From: Lama guanicoe
Lineage: Eukaryota
DNA length: 64,000 bases
Assembly (NCBI GenBank): GCA_013239625.1
Contig: MU054323.1
Span: forward strand, 4,628,214-4,692,213
Reading direction: 5' to 3'
The first letter of the stretch is position 1. Every line of letters begins with the position of its first letter. Made by a program: the position numbers and the translations under genes. Positions 13,740 through 26,210 of this stretch are shown piece by piece. The notes beneath the pieces are model-generated. The model was not told the origin of the DNA. It worked only from the letters and a program-made list of their open reading frames with translations, and ran no database searches.

Positions 13740-13965
13740 GTCAGAAAACTCCATGACTGTAACAAACTACCCCAAATCTTAGTGACCTAACACAATAAGA
13801 GTTTAGTCCTCATTCAGGAGAAATCCTTTGTGGGTCCCATGGAATGATGGGTCAGATGGTTCTCCTCTAACTGGTGCACTCGGCAGTCCAGGCTTCTTCC
13901 GTCTTCTGACTCCACCCCCTGGCTCCGCTGGGGGATGCGAAGGGAGAGAGCACACGGAGGATTTT
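13740..13965 (-). mobile_element. MLT1-type (MaLR) LTR fragment
   Basis: gtaacaaactaccccaaatcttagtgacctaacacaataagagttt...tccaggcttcttccgtctt is typical of antisense MLT1. Confidence 0.6.
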
Positions 13966-15568
13966 AGGGCTCAGAGTGAAAGAGGCACACGGCTATCGCT
14001 GTGATTCTTAAAGATTTAATAGAAACAATAAAATGAAAGTAAAAGACACACACCATGTAAGTACATTCTATAAATTCCACTATCAATAGCTTTAAAATTA
14101 CTTTGTCAAATTGTGATGTAGAATGAAGAATGGCTCTCAGCTTGCTGGTGTGTAGGACTAGGTGCGCTTGAGACATTGACATAGAGGAACACAGGAGGGT
14201 GTGTGGGTTTGAGTGGAAATGCAGAATAATGAGCTCCGTTTGGAACAAGCTGAGCTGGAGGTACCTACAAAATAATGCACTGTAGTTTCTGTGATCTTCA
14301 TGTTGTAAAGTCTGCGCATTTCTTTGTAAACCAAAGAGAAGGACTATTATCATAATGACTTCAATATATTTTATCCACTTCAATATGAAAAGCCATCTCA
14401 AACTTTAAAATACATTGGTCTGAAAGAGAAATTCTAAACTCTAGAGTTGAGCTATGGTTCATTGCCCCTTTGAAGGGTGGAGATAAACAGGGAAGGGGTT
14501 TACAACAAGCATGTTGTGTTAAGAAGCTTATAAGGCTTCAGGCTGCATTTCAACCCCCACCTGTAGCCATCTAGGACCAGATGGGGCGAGTTTTACTTCC
14601 CAGTCACATCGTTTGTGGTGCTCTTTCTCTATAGATTGCCTTCTTCATGACGCTCATGGCCATTTCCACCCGCCCCCCACCTCCCATATTTCCTCCACGT
14701 CCACCCCCATCTTCATCCTGAATCCAGTGAGAAGCTCCCTCCTCTCAACCCCTCATCTTGTTGTTAGCTCCTTCTCTATCACACGTGTAGAATTTTACTT
14801 TGCATTCCAGCTATGTATGTGTCTACCCCTTCCCAACTAGTAGACTGTCAAGCTTTTGGTTTGTGTATTACCTTTTTTTAAAGGGAGAAACCATTGTTTA
14901 ACCGCGTATAGCCTTCTATATCTAGCAGACTGTACAATATACAAAATATGTGGTGTGTCTCAATGATTGTATCTGGAATTCACCTCAATTATTCAGGAAT
15001 TTAACCCATAGAGGCCCAGAGGAGATGTGGGTGACACTGTCAGAGTGCCAATTAGACAAAAACGATGGGTGGCTGAAGATAGGTAGGGGATTGCATTTTC
15101 TTAGCCTCCTATTGCCACCTCAGGGCACTTCTCATGGGGTAAATCATCTCTCTTTTCTTCTTACACAGCTCTTCTGGGTGGAAGAAGTATGCTATCTAGT
15201 TGGTGAATTTGGGAAAAAAGTAAATGAGTCTGAGTGATTCAGTCTCAGCTCTCTTGGTTTTTGGATTTGTCATTTGGTCTCTGACTCTCAGATACACCTG
15301 GCTACAGAGAAGGTGCTTTCTGGCTTCCTCTCCTGCCCTGAGATGTGTTTAAGTCAGGATCCTCCACTTCAGGAGAGACCTGAAGTTGTACCTGATTCCT
15401 GGGATGGGAAGAGTAGACTGGTCTAATTCGGTGAAGGAATATTTACAAGCCCATTTTGTCACAGTGCAGACCAACTCTCTGATCAGCTTCATCAGAAATG
15501 AGGTGGTCATTGTCATAGTTAACTCCTTTATTTTATTTTTTCATTGGTTTCAAAGACAGAAGAGGGTC

Positions 15569-15945
15569 TGTGGGAGGCAGAAATCTAAAATGGTCACAGA
15601 GATTTCCCACTCACTCCCCTGTAAACGTGGCAGAGTTTACCTTAAATAAGGAGATACAGGGGACCATGTATCAAGGAATATGGGTGGTATCAAGGGACTG
15701 AGAGAAAAACCCAGGTGGCCACCAGCAAGGAAATAGCGACAGTCTCACAGCTGAGTTACGCCAACAAAAGAATGAGCTTCAAAGGAGATTTTCTCCAAGA
15801 ATATCCACATGAGAACACAGCCCAACTGATACCTTGATTTCAGCTAATGCAAAGAACCCAGCCATGCTGTGTCAGATTTCTGACCTACAGAACTCAGAGC
15901 TAGCACATGACTGTTATGTCAAGCTGCTAATTTATGCATGTACAA
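15569..15945 (+). mobile_element. MLT1E-like MaLR LTR
   Basis: tgtgggaggcagaaatctaaaatgg...ccagcaaggaaa...gccaacaaaagaatgagctt...ccttgatttcagc...gaacccagccatgctgtg...ttctgacctacagaact. Confidence 0.8.
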
Positions 15946-16994
15946 TCTTTAAAAATTTAGAAAACCTACAAAAAGAAGATTCTGGGACAATAGGAGCCAT
16001 AGCCCAATTTTTGAATCTCTTCAAATTCCCCTGTAAGAACAAAGAACTGAGAGTGTAAAACCGAAAACCCACCAACAACATTTAGAAGAAAACTTAGTAA
16101 CAATATAATTCTCTGTGAACCCCAAAGAGAAACGGTGGGAACAAAACCACAGCTACGAGACCTACCGGGTATCAGGCCAAATGTGGGGGAACTTTTCATT
16201 CTGATTTTATTTTTTTAGGTCAACCTGTTATTGTAACAATAAGTCCTCCAACACTTTCAACCAGTTCTGCTATTTAAATACATCCCGACTCATAACTATT
16301 TAGTACCTAAGCATTTCGCTTCTCTGGGATCTCTGGGCTAAATCCGCCTGCTCTGAGTTCTCCCTACTGCAGGCTTAGATTGGAGGTGTTTACCATCTGC
16401 TAGTCAGTTAACCCTGTCTGTTTGCCCTCCGGTTTCTAAAACTGTCTTGCTATTGTTTTGGCCCTGTTTGTGGGTTTACACCTTTTAAAAATCCATTTAC
16501 TGTTGACTGTGTTGGCGTTTCAGGACAAAGGTAAGGTACATGCATTTGCTCAGTCTACCGTGTTTAAGCACATGTTTGACTTCAACATTTAGAGAGCAAA
16601 GAGACTTTCAGGACATCCGCCCCCAGTCGTGGGGCAATGACGACCCTGCTTTAGAACCCCATTCTGCACAGAACACAGGATACATGTGTATGGAGCATGT
16701 TTGCTGTGTCTGCCCACTGTCCGTTGTTGGCTTCTTAACAAAATGATTCATCTTCTAGACACGCTCCCCACATTTGCTGAAAAAGATTTCCTTGAAGAAA
16801 AAGGTTTGGAAGGACACAAAGTTTTTATCTTTGAAAAGGAGAATTGATGGAGGGATACTAATGTTGAGAGGCAACTTTCACTCTTTCCTGCATATATAGG
16901 CATTGCATAGATTTACGATTAAGACAACATATATACACATGATTGAAATAGTTAAACAGATCATTGTGACATTATGGTCTCTTTTCAGTGAAAG

Positions 16995-17175
16995 AGAGAA
17001 AAGAAGGAATGTAGGAAGGATAGAAAGAAGGAAGAAAAGAAAGAAGGAAGGAGAGAGAGAAAGGGGAATTCCTTGATGAGACAGAGATACAGTTAGGTCC
17101 CTCAATAGCCAGTTTGTCAGTTGTAGCGTGATGGCGATGATGATGGCGGTGATGATGGTGGTGATGATGGCAGAA
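16995..17175. repeat. Purine-rich low-complexity tract followed by imperfect (GAT/GGT)n repeat
   Basis: agaaggaatgtaggaaggatagaaagaagg... and tgatggcgatgatgatggcggtgatgatggtggtgatgatggc are directly visible. Confidence 0.85.
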
Positions 17176-18149
17176 TGAGGATGGCCACCATTGCCTTTAA
17201 TTTTACCTTGGATTTGAGCGGCATTTGGGCCTTACAGCTCATTGCCTGGACACCCGGCCTTTTCTCTCAGTTTTAACTAAACTTTGCTCATGCTTCTTTG
17301 TTAAATACCAATGAAATTCATAGATCTTTGCCACCTTAAGCTGTAAGAAAATTCAGTGCAAAAGCCTGGCTTATATAACTTTGAATTCAGACCTTGACAA
17401 CTAGACAGGATTTATCTCATGCATATGTATTAATTTTAAGTGCTTTTCTGTAACAGTCATTTGACATTTAATATACCATAATTGTATTATTAAATTTAAA
17501 TGCATATTTGCAATTCTAAAAGCACTACTGAACTTTATGGGTGAAAAATACATTCTCCTTCACCTTGGTTCCTTCTCAGCCACCGTTTCTTCTCTAGACT
17601 TTATTATCTCTGCTACCCTTACCTTGATTGGAATCCCTTCTTTTTCCCCTCAACTTTAGAGTCTCAATTTTCTTTTCTTTTTTTTTTTTCATTTCCTAAC
17701 ATTCTCTCCTCTCTTCTCTCAGCAATTCAAATTCCTTCTTCCAATGAGGAAATATCCCGTGCTCCTGTTTTCTGCACTTAGTCCCTCCCACAGTGCACCT
17801 CTCACGCATCCATGGGTCTGAAGATGCTGCGATGGCTCTCATTCCTCATCTGTCATCTCTCAGGACAGTGTGAGGAAGTATTTTCAGACATTAAAGTGGC
17901 CCGTCATTAAAAAAGGCTGCCTTTCGTGGTGAAGAGCTCCCCAACAGTCCTTTCAGGAGGGGAGTGGAAGGGATGCTGAGCGTGGGAAGTTGGGGGAAGT
18001 GACCTGGACAAATTTTGACCCCCTTCCTTCTCCCGGATGTCATATCCTCTTTTTTATGCACTTTCCTCCAACAACCAACTAGCAACATGCTGCTGGCCGT
18101 CCAACTCTCCACAGAGGAACGCGCGACCCCTGACCTTTCATAACGGCAG

Positions 18150-18760
18150 GTGTCAGTGGGGTCTTCGACATTACTTCTTTCAACGCCATCATTTTCACCA
18201 GAAATAAAACTGAGACCCAGAGAAGTTAAGTCCTGGTTTAACCCCCTCGGTTCCAGAGCTGATGAACTGCCGGCCCTGCTCTCTGATTCACACTGGAGGT
18301 TCTCTTCACTCACCCCATCGGCCTCAGCCACACAAACCATCTCAGTCCCCTGCCCGTGACCTTCCATTCTGTGGCTCTGTCATTGTTATGGACTTACATC
18401 TGCTCTTGGACCTGCCAGGTACAACGTTTCCAACTTTTCCCTCATCCCGTTAAGTTTATTTATCCTTCAATATAAAAGCCAAGCATTACCTTCCCAGAAA
18501 ATCTTTTCTGATCTTCCTCCACTACTTCTGTCCCCCTGTTGGTCTCAGATGCTACTCTCCTGTGTTCTGTCAGCATCCAAATTTAATTCTATTTGTACTT
18601 AAGTACGCACACCTGTTTACTGACCATCACCCTACTAGGATATGAACTTCCAGGGGCCAAGATCTGTGCATTATTCAACTTTCTCTTCTCAGGATACGGG
18701 CGCACAGCCAGCCATAGGAGGATTTAACTTTTTTGTTGTGATTGAATTGAGAAATTAAGG
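18150..18760. mobile_element. MIR fragment (minus, ~18180-18260) followed by L2 3' end (plus, ~18300-18760)
   Basis: aaactgagacccagagaagttaag (MIR); ttatccttcaa...ccctactaggatatgaacttccaggggccaagatctgtgc (L2 tail). Confidence 0.65.
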
Positions 18761-19859
18761 CTGCTAATCTCCCTACTACTTCTCTTAAACCCCTTTTAGC
18801 ACGACTAAGCTTTATGAGTGGAAAAAAAAACACCCTCCTTCACCTTGATTCCTGACCATCTGCCAGTTCTCCAGGCTCTGTTCCATCTGCAGCTCCTACC
18901 CTGACTGACATCCCCTCCTCTTTGCTCCATTTCAACTTCTCAGTTTCCTTTCCTTTTCTGTTTCTTACTGTTCTCTGCTCTTCTCTCTCTGCAATTCGTG
19001 CTCCCTCGCTCTTAGCCCTTCTCCTTTTGGGGGAGGAAATGAAGTTCCCATTCGATGTGGATATGCCTAGTGCCTCTTTCCACCGCAAAACGTTTTCCTC
19101 CATCAGCCCCCCGCCCAGTCATCTCTCTTACCACGTAGGGTGGATTCCTGCTCATGAGGGAGGTTATCCTGGACTTTGCTGGCCCTCAGGCTGAGGAAGA
19201 GTTGCTTTCAAGCAGAGCACAGGCTCTGACTTTGTTGACACTTCCCTCCCTCTACAAAAGCTATTCTGGGAAGGTTTTCCGAGGACCTAACAGTGTAAAC
19301 TAGTCGTCTTCTCTTCCCTGCTCTGCTAACATCCTGGACCCGTTGACCTAATGACGATGTGGTGAGCAGGTCTTACTGTCCTTCTTTCTAGATATTTCCA
19401 GTGTTTATATTCCTGGCAAAAAAAAAAAAAAACCTTTCTAATCAGTCCACCACACAGACACATCTTAACCTAGAAACCAGTTTTAGGATGTTTCAGTGAC
19501 CTCCTTCCTTCTGCTGCTTTGAGTTTTCATTATAGTCTGAGGAATCACTTTCTAAAATTTAAATTCTCCGTCAGAGAAGAAATGCCACTTTCCTGCCCTG
19601 TGGTGCCCCTCCTTTGAGGAAGGTTACACCACGGGCCTTGCTTTGCCTAGAGAGCTAGGAGAAGTGTGAGTCACTTCTGCGTAGATATGTTCACAGTTTA
19701 CTATGATTCCTTTTCATTCTGCCACAAGACTGGCAAGACTCAAGATAGAACCTGATTCCATTCCCATGATCCTAGGAGTCAAGATGATACGAAACAGAGC
19801 TTCAACTGACCCATTGCAAACGTGCAGCCTGAGCAAGAGATACCCTTTGTTGATAAGCT

Positions 19860-19932
19860 GCTGGGATTGCATTTGTAACCAGGTGTTTCAACATATGAAT
19901 TTGGGGGGGACCCAAACCTTCAGTCTATAGCA
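19860..19932 (-). mobile_element. MLT1/MST MaLR LTR 5'-end fragment
   Basis: Reverse complement reads tgctatagactgaaggtttgggtcccccc...aaattcatatgttgaaac, the canonical MLT1A/MST start. Confidence 0.75.
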
Positions 19933-21324
19933 CCCAGCCTACCGTGACAGCTACAAGTGGGAGAATGCAAGAATGAATGTTTAGTGATGTGACAGGTGGA
20001 CGCACTGGGGCAGGGCGCCGTCGCTCGACGTGTGTGATGTTGTGCAGTTATGGAAAGGGTTTGATGACGTGCCACAGACGGTGTGTCACAGTGTTTGATC
20101 GGTTTGCTGCTGTAGCCGATCTGTCTGAGAGCTTGGGCGTTGTCAGGGAAAGACCTGGAGACGCAGTTGGACTCCTGTCTGTGGTCTAGCACACTGAGTC
20201 TCAAGAAGCGGAGACCACTGTGCGCCGATAGCTGACTTGAGAGAAGGCATGAGGCGCGTCAGTGTAAAACCCGACCAGTAACGACTGAGGCGAGAGCATT
20301 AGGAAATGGTCCAGAAAATCTGATGAGTGTAGCCCAGTTTCCCAAGTCTAGTTTTCATAGAACACACCTTACAAAATGTGAAGTGCAGTCTTCCAGGATG
20401 AATAAAGGAAGCTTGTTATTGTATACTGTGTCCCCAGGGGGCCATCTAGATTAAAAATAAATCCACAAAACGTGTTTGAGCTTCAGTGAAGTTGAGAAAA
20501 AATTATGGGTAGAGGACCCACAAACAGTGACTAGACCAAAACAGGCCAACTTAACTGGAGGCTGAGTTTCAGAGATCGTGACCAGTCAATCCGAGCCCAC
20601 CTTGGGCGCCCCGTCTGGGGTGGCGCACGCTCCACGGGTGGACTTGGAGTTGAAGCTAAGGCGGCATTTATACTCCTCTTAAAATAGCAAAAGAGTTTGT
20701 CATTCCACTGGTATCAGGTTTTCTTTTTTGCTTTTACACTTGCCACATGAAAGCTGCCTTTATATGAGTGTCACCAGACTGTCTTTTTATAAATCATTGC
20801 TGCCTTGCCAAACAGATTCGTGCATCCGTAAGACTGTCCTTTTTTGCATCAGTCTCATAAATCAACATCACTGAGCAATTCCCAGCATAGGTAGTCTTTT
20901 AAATTTAAAATTGGGAAACATAAAAAAAGGAGACTGTGATATGGAGATTTAAAAAAAAAAATCTCTTAAGAAATTCTGTGTTTGTTTGAGAGAGTGAGAG
21001 AAAGAGAGAGAGCTTGAGCCAGAGAGAAAATTTCCTTCATTCAGATGCTCTGAGTTATGAGGCAGAAGGCACAGCAGTGCTTAGAGGAGAAGCACAGAGG
21101 TGGAGTTTTCCTCCGTAGCTTGGAGCAGGTGCGTGTGCCTTTGTGACCCCCGGAAGGGAGGCTGGCTTTGATGTTGCCTCAAGCATCACTGGACTCACTG
21201 GTTTGCCCTAAAATGAAAGTTCTTGAGAAAAAGAACACCGCAAATGTGACGTCCAAAGAAGGTGACAAAATGGATTCATTTCAATGGAAAAACAACCCTA
21301 AAAATTGTGTTAACTTTAGTCTGT

Positions 21325-21545
21325 TGAGTGCTTACTCTATGCTGGGAACTTTCTGAACACTGTGCCTATATGACACATTCAGTCCCCACGGGGAACCTCT
21401 AGGACACACACCACAGTGACGCCTTTTTATAGAAAAGGAAACTGAGGCATAGAGATATCATTAAATAACTCGGACAGAGTTGCCAGGCAGGGTTTGAACT
21501 CGGCCAGCGAGGTTCCCGGACCCAGAGCTACAGTCTAAGCACAGA
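21325..21545 (-). mobile_element. MIR SINE
   Basis: ttgagtgcttactctatgctggga...tttttatagaaaaggaaactgaggcatagaga...gggtttgaactc. Confidence 0.8.
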
Positions 21546-21789
21546 TACTCTCACGTTGAGAAACAGACTCCATGAGCAGGGCCCTGCCCGTCTCTGACGG
21601 TGGGTGTGGATGTGAGAGTGGGCTCAGATTGGGCAAGGCCCTTGGCCTTGCATTAACGTGCTTTCCAAGATAGCTTCCGTCTGGTGTGAAATCTTGAAGG
21701 GGATAGACTGGACCACGATTCGTAAAGGTCCATGGGGCAGCCAAGTTCAGTCTAATGAATGCTGGGGAAATCTGTGGCTCTGTGCAAAG

Positions 21790-21960
21790 TGTACTTTATC
21801 ATCTCTTTGGTGCATGATATGTGGGAAGATCATTTCCCTTCTTAGTCTAGTTGGCTCATCTGTAAAACAAGGAAGATGATACCATTGATGTCATAGAGTG
21901 TCTCCATGGAAGTATATACGCTTGTCCTTCAGTAAACATCGACGAATGGCAGCCATCATT
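21790..21960 (+). mobile_element. MIR SINE fragment
   Basis: gtgcatgatatgtgggaagatcatttcccttcttagtctagttggctcatctgtaaaacaagg. Confidence 0.6.
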
Positions 21961-22739
21961 AAATTTTAGCCTGTACACCTGTTGCTGCATCCTTTGCTCA
22001 CGGGTTCCATGTTCCAGATTAGGTTTGTAGCGCTTTCTGGAAAGCCTGCAGTGATGGGGCGCAGCATCCCCAGATCCCCCACTCAAGCCAAGAGGACTTA
22101 CTTCAAAGGACCCTTTAAAGAAAGAACAAACCTTTTCTCTGATTTAATTCTTAGGGGAAACAAATGAACATTTTGAGTCAAACCAGCAATATACAGCTCA
22201 GGAAAACAAAACAAAACAAAACATTTTTTTGTGTGTGTGGTCGGGGCAATGAGGTGGAAACTACAAGATTTCACACCTTAATGGGACAGAGCAAACCCAG
22301 GATATGGGTTACATTTGAAAGTATCCCAAGAAAGCTAAACTCACTCACACACACAATTCCCATGACTTTGTTCACTTCCCATGTTTATTTTTCTAGCTGA
22401 CAGTATCTAAATATACTGAAACATATTTTAGAACTCACTTCCAGAAAAAAATAAATTGTCTCCCTCAATTAACCATTATGCTTTTGCGCCTATTAATAAC
22501 TAGCATCTGAGGATATTTTAGTTCTGGCCACCAGGAAGCTAAATGCAATGCTTTGCTATGATCTCAGTTCAGACCTTTGGTAAATTTAGATCCTTCCCTG
22601 TTTTTGTTATTCTGATGATCTGTGCCTATTGTTGGACACGGTCTTTTTTGTAAGACTTCCTAAGTCATTATTAGAAGTTGATTATACGTAAATAATTTAG
22701 TAAAGAGAGAGAGATTTATCCTCTAAAAACGCATAAACC

Positions 22740-24160
22740 AGATTGCACGGGGCTTTCACATCCCCCTCTCGGGGCCTCACGAGGGAGTGTCCCTGGGGGT
22801 GCCTTTCTACTCATCGTGTGATAATAACACACGCCAAACATTAATCGACAAGGGCCCTGTCTGGTGTTAACAAGAATTTTTCAAGGAGGCCCATTTGAAA
22901 GGGCTTGGGTATTATGTGCTGTGTCATAGCTTTTCACATAACAGGTCTGAAGATAATCATTTCTGAGAAAAGATGAAAAGAGGCCCAACCCGTGGGGCTT
23001 GGGAAATAATGACAAGTCTGGAGAACCGGCGGGATAAAAGGAGGGTAAAGGACCTTGTCGGCGGGCCACGCGGAGCCTTTGGTTCAGTGGGAACACACTG
23101 GAAGAAAGTGATGGAAAAACACACAGAGAGCACACCGTGCCTCTGCTTTGGTCCCCCGCGCACCTTGATCAACAGTGGACGGGGACGGAGGGCCCTGTTC
23201 CCCAGATGGCACTGACCACACTTTATTGCTGGATTTCCTTTCTCAATCCTCAGCGCCTCTTCATTTTTTTTTTTTTTCTTCCCTCACAATCCCCAGGGCA
23301 TTATTAGGCTTTCTTGTTTGGACACCTTTGAGATTTCTATTTTATCTCAGTCCGATGACATCCAAGTTCTTGAAACTAAGAGTGGCTGTGGTTGGCTTGG
23401 TGATTTCATGGAGGAGGGTTTGGTGTATGATTTGCATACTTCAAAAGCAGCTGCGTGGGTTCCAGCTTCCCTTCTCCTGGTCTAGCTGTGCCCGCCCCTC
23501 CCTCCTCCCACCCGGGCTGCTCAGACCCGTGCCCCGGGCTCAGGGCGCCCGCCCGCGCAGGGCAGGCTCGAGGCAAGCGTTCCATGATTCACCTGGAAAA
23601 CACACGTCCCCCACGCCTCTCTGGGGGGATCCCTGGCAGCTCCTTCCTCAGTCCCTGGGATGTTTCAGGCAGCTCTCCATCACTGGAAAACACCAGATGG
23701 GATGGATAGAGGCAATTTTGCAGCAAGTGCTGTGAGATCGGCTTCCTCAGTGGTCTTTCCAGCTGGAAACAGAGCGGCCAGAAAGCGCTGCGTTCCCAGC
23801 CCAGTTTCATCGCCTCGAGAGCTACAGATGGCTCCCCCAAGCACCCGAAGTCTGTGCTGCTTCCCTGGACGGAATACGTGCAAGCCGCAGAAACACTTTT
23901 GTCTTTCCGCAGCGCAACTCAGAGCCCGGTTTCTTTCTGCCTGGAGAGTGAGAGCAGAGGACGCAGCGTAGAAAGAGCCAGAAGGTGGGGAAATTAATGT
24001 TTAATGTTTGAAACTCCCTGGGACTGGCCAGCTGCTCAAAAAGGTGCATCAGGGGATATTTATAACACGGCTTCCTGTGGGCATGCATAAACAAGACTTT
24101 GAAAATGGTCCAGGTCTCTTCCTCCAGAAGAGGAAGGGTAACTGGGTTTACCAGTTACAT
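22740..24160. promoter_or_regulatory. CpG-enriched, repeat-free island-like region; candidate promoter/enhancer
   Basis: Local CpG clustering, densest at ~23490-23620 and ~23740-23970; GC box cccgcccc at 23491-23498; TATA-like tatttataa (minus-strand TTATAAATA) at 24057-24065; several TGGAAA sites. Confidence 0.55.
23593..23940 (-). other. Candidate 348-nt spliced exon (non-coding or 5'UTR/start exon) of an unidentified minus-strand transcript
   Basis: Minus strand: TTAAT branch-like motif, ~50-nt AG-free pyrimidine tract ending ...ctcactctccag|G at 23940, donor CAG|GTGAAT at 23593/23592 and downstream G-runs. No frame is open end to end. Confidence 0.4.
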
Positions 24161-25569
24161 TTGAATTGATTGCATGATTCTTACCTATTACTAAGGATAG
24201 CAATTTTTCTTGTCTGTTTCCTTTTCTTCCCCCCCCTTTTCTTACTTTTTGAGTCTTACTTGACTGCTTAGATCTATGAACATCAGCTGGTGGTCAAACT
24301 GGCTGGGATCGAGGAGTTGGCACAAACAGCCACTGTCACTGAATTGTTTCTGCTACTGTGTGACAAGTCTTGCATTTGTTTTTCATTTTAGCCGAGACAA
24401 AGGCCCTTGTTCCCCAGACAGCGCTACCCAGGACAGATGCATCTCCTTCACTGGGGATAGGGGCAGTGGTTAACTGGCAGATCTGGTATTGTAAAGGCTT
24501 TAGAAGGCTGTGTAACCCTGGGACAGCTGTCAGAAAGGCAGGCAGAAGTGATCTTTGGTTTTACAGAGCTACCTATAGGGGGCCTCCAGTGGTTACTTTG
24601 GGCTGGGCCCAGTAATATCCCAGTGTCACTCAAGATTTCTCAGTTGCTGCCTGCTGTCATGGATATTATGTAAAAAAACTAAGTATTTTTTCTGATTGGC
24701 ATATGATTTACATCTTTTTCCTTATTCCTCTGTCCAAAACCAAGTCCCAGGCCTCTTGATCTTCCTTTCCACATTTCATACTATTTTCTAAGACTGCTAA
24801 GAGCAGACAGGCACCAGACAGAATCCTCCCGGCCAGGTAGGAATCATTCCAGCCCAGGCTTAGCCTTGTACCTTCCATTATTTCTTAACCACCAGGGCTG
24901 AGGAGCAAAAGGAAAGAGAAGCACTGATAATCGTAAACTCAAGATCCCCTAAAAGCTGGTGGGCTGGTGGTGACACTGAAGCAAGTGCCTTGGAATCTGG
25001 ATGTGTTCCTCCTTCAAGATGATCCGTTTTCTTCGAGATAAAGAAGGCTGACAGCTCGTACTTGCCGTGACCCACACAATGCCAGCGAATTCTACTTACG
25101 ATGCCACGCATCAGTCCAGCTGTTAGCCTGGCTAAAGAAAAGCAGAGGGCCAGCCAGATGACAGGCAGGAGTGAAGGCTCCTGACATAGTAACAGCCTTT
25201 GTGCAGTAAAATATCTTTCTATTAAAGGACTTGGAAATTGTCAAACTGCCTTTGTGTTTGTTGATTCATTTCAGTCCTGTACAAAACCTGCAGTGTGACA
25301 AGGGAAACCTATCCCAGAATCTATCGGTTTTCTGTCTAAAACCTGGAGGGTGAGCCGAAGCGCAGTGCTTGTCCAGCAACTCAAGACTTGGCTAAAATGC
25401 TCTCAAATTGTGGGGGTTCATCCAAGAGACTTTGGAATGTGCAAAGCAGAGCACTGTGTAGTTTTGGAGTCCGGAGGATCACACAGACACATGTACAAAT
25501 AAAACAAACTGGGATAAGGAATGAAATTGTGCAGTTTGATTTTTGCTATGTACTTGATGGTAGACCTGG

Positions 25570-26210
25570 TACCTAAAATATTATTTAACTGAATGCTTGG
25601 AATAACAATTTGATCCTCATGGATATGAGGAAACCAATGCACAGAGACAGGTAACGTACTTGGTCACAAAGGTAGTGAATGAGGATGCCGGAACTGAAAT
25701 CCAGGTCTAATTGACTACAGATGTTTACAATACCCAGTTTCCTCCAAACGATGTCTAATACTTACATAGTGCTTTATCACTTGTAAAACATGTCCACACA
25801 CTCCTTCACACCGGGTCCTTATCAGCCCTATATGAGTTGGGTCACATTACAGTTGAGGGAATTGAGACTCAGAGTTAACTGCTCTCCCCAGATCACAAGG
25901 CCAGCAACTAGGAGCATCAAGACTTGAACCAATTTTCCTTTTAAAATTCTTCTTACAATTTTATGCCTGTCTGATAAACAGGAGCAACAGCCATTGTGTA
26001 CGGAGCAATTACTTATTCCCAAGTGCTACACAAAGCCCTCACGACAAAACTGGGTGAGCCAAGCACCATTATTACTCTCATTTTGTAGACAAGAAATATA
26101 AAGAATCAGCTTCAAGGTTACACAGCAAGTAAGTGGTAAGCCCGGGCCTTCATCCCAGATACCCTGACTCGGACCTCAGACTCCGCGCCTTCATCACGAT
26201 GCTTCAGTGT
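25570..26210 (-). mobile_element. Three consecutive same-orientation MIR fragments
   Basis: Cores at ~25620-25720 (gatatgaggaaaccaatgcacagaga), ~25845-25935 (cagttgagggaattgagactcagag) and ~26075-26200 (cattttgtagacaag...aaggttacacagcaagtaagtgg). Confidence 0.7.

Noticed and set aside
15970..16570. Possible L1/HAL1 5'-end fragments
   Set aside because: Resemblance too vague to assign family, strand or boundaries without a Dfam search.
21325..21960. Oppositely oriented MIR pair as a dsRNA former
   Set aside because: Both copies are heavily diverged; no convincing long complementary stretch seen.
23175..23735. 186-aa plus-strand ORF
   Set aside because: Non-ATG start, runs through a poly-T tract and GC-rich sequence, and resembles no known protein.
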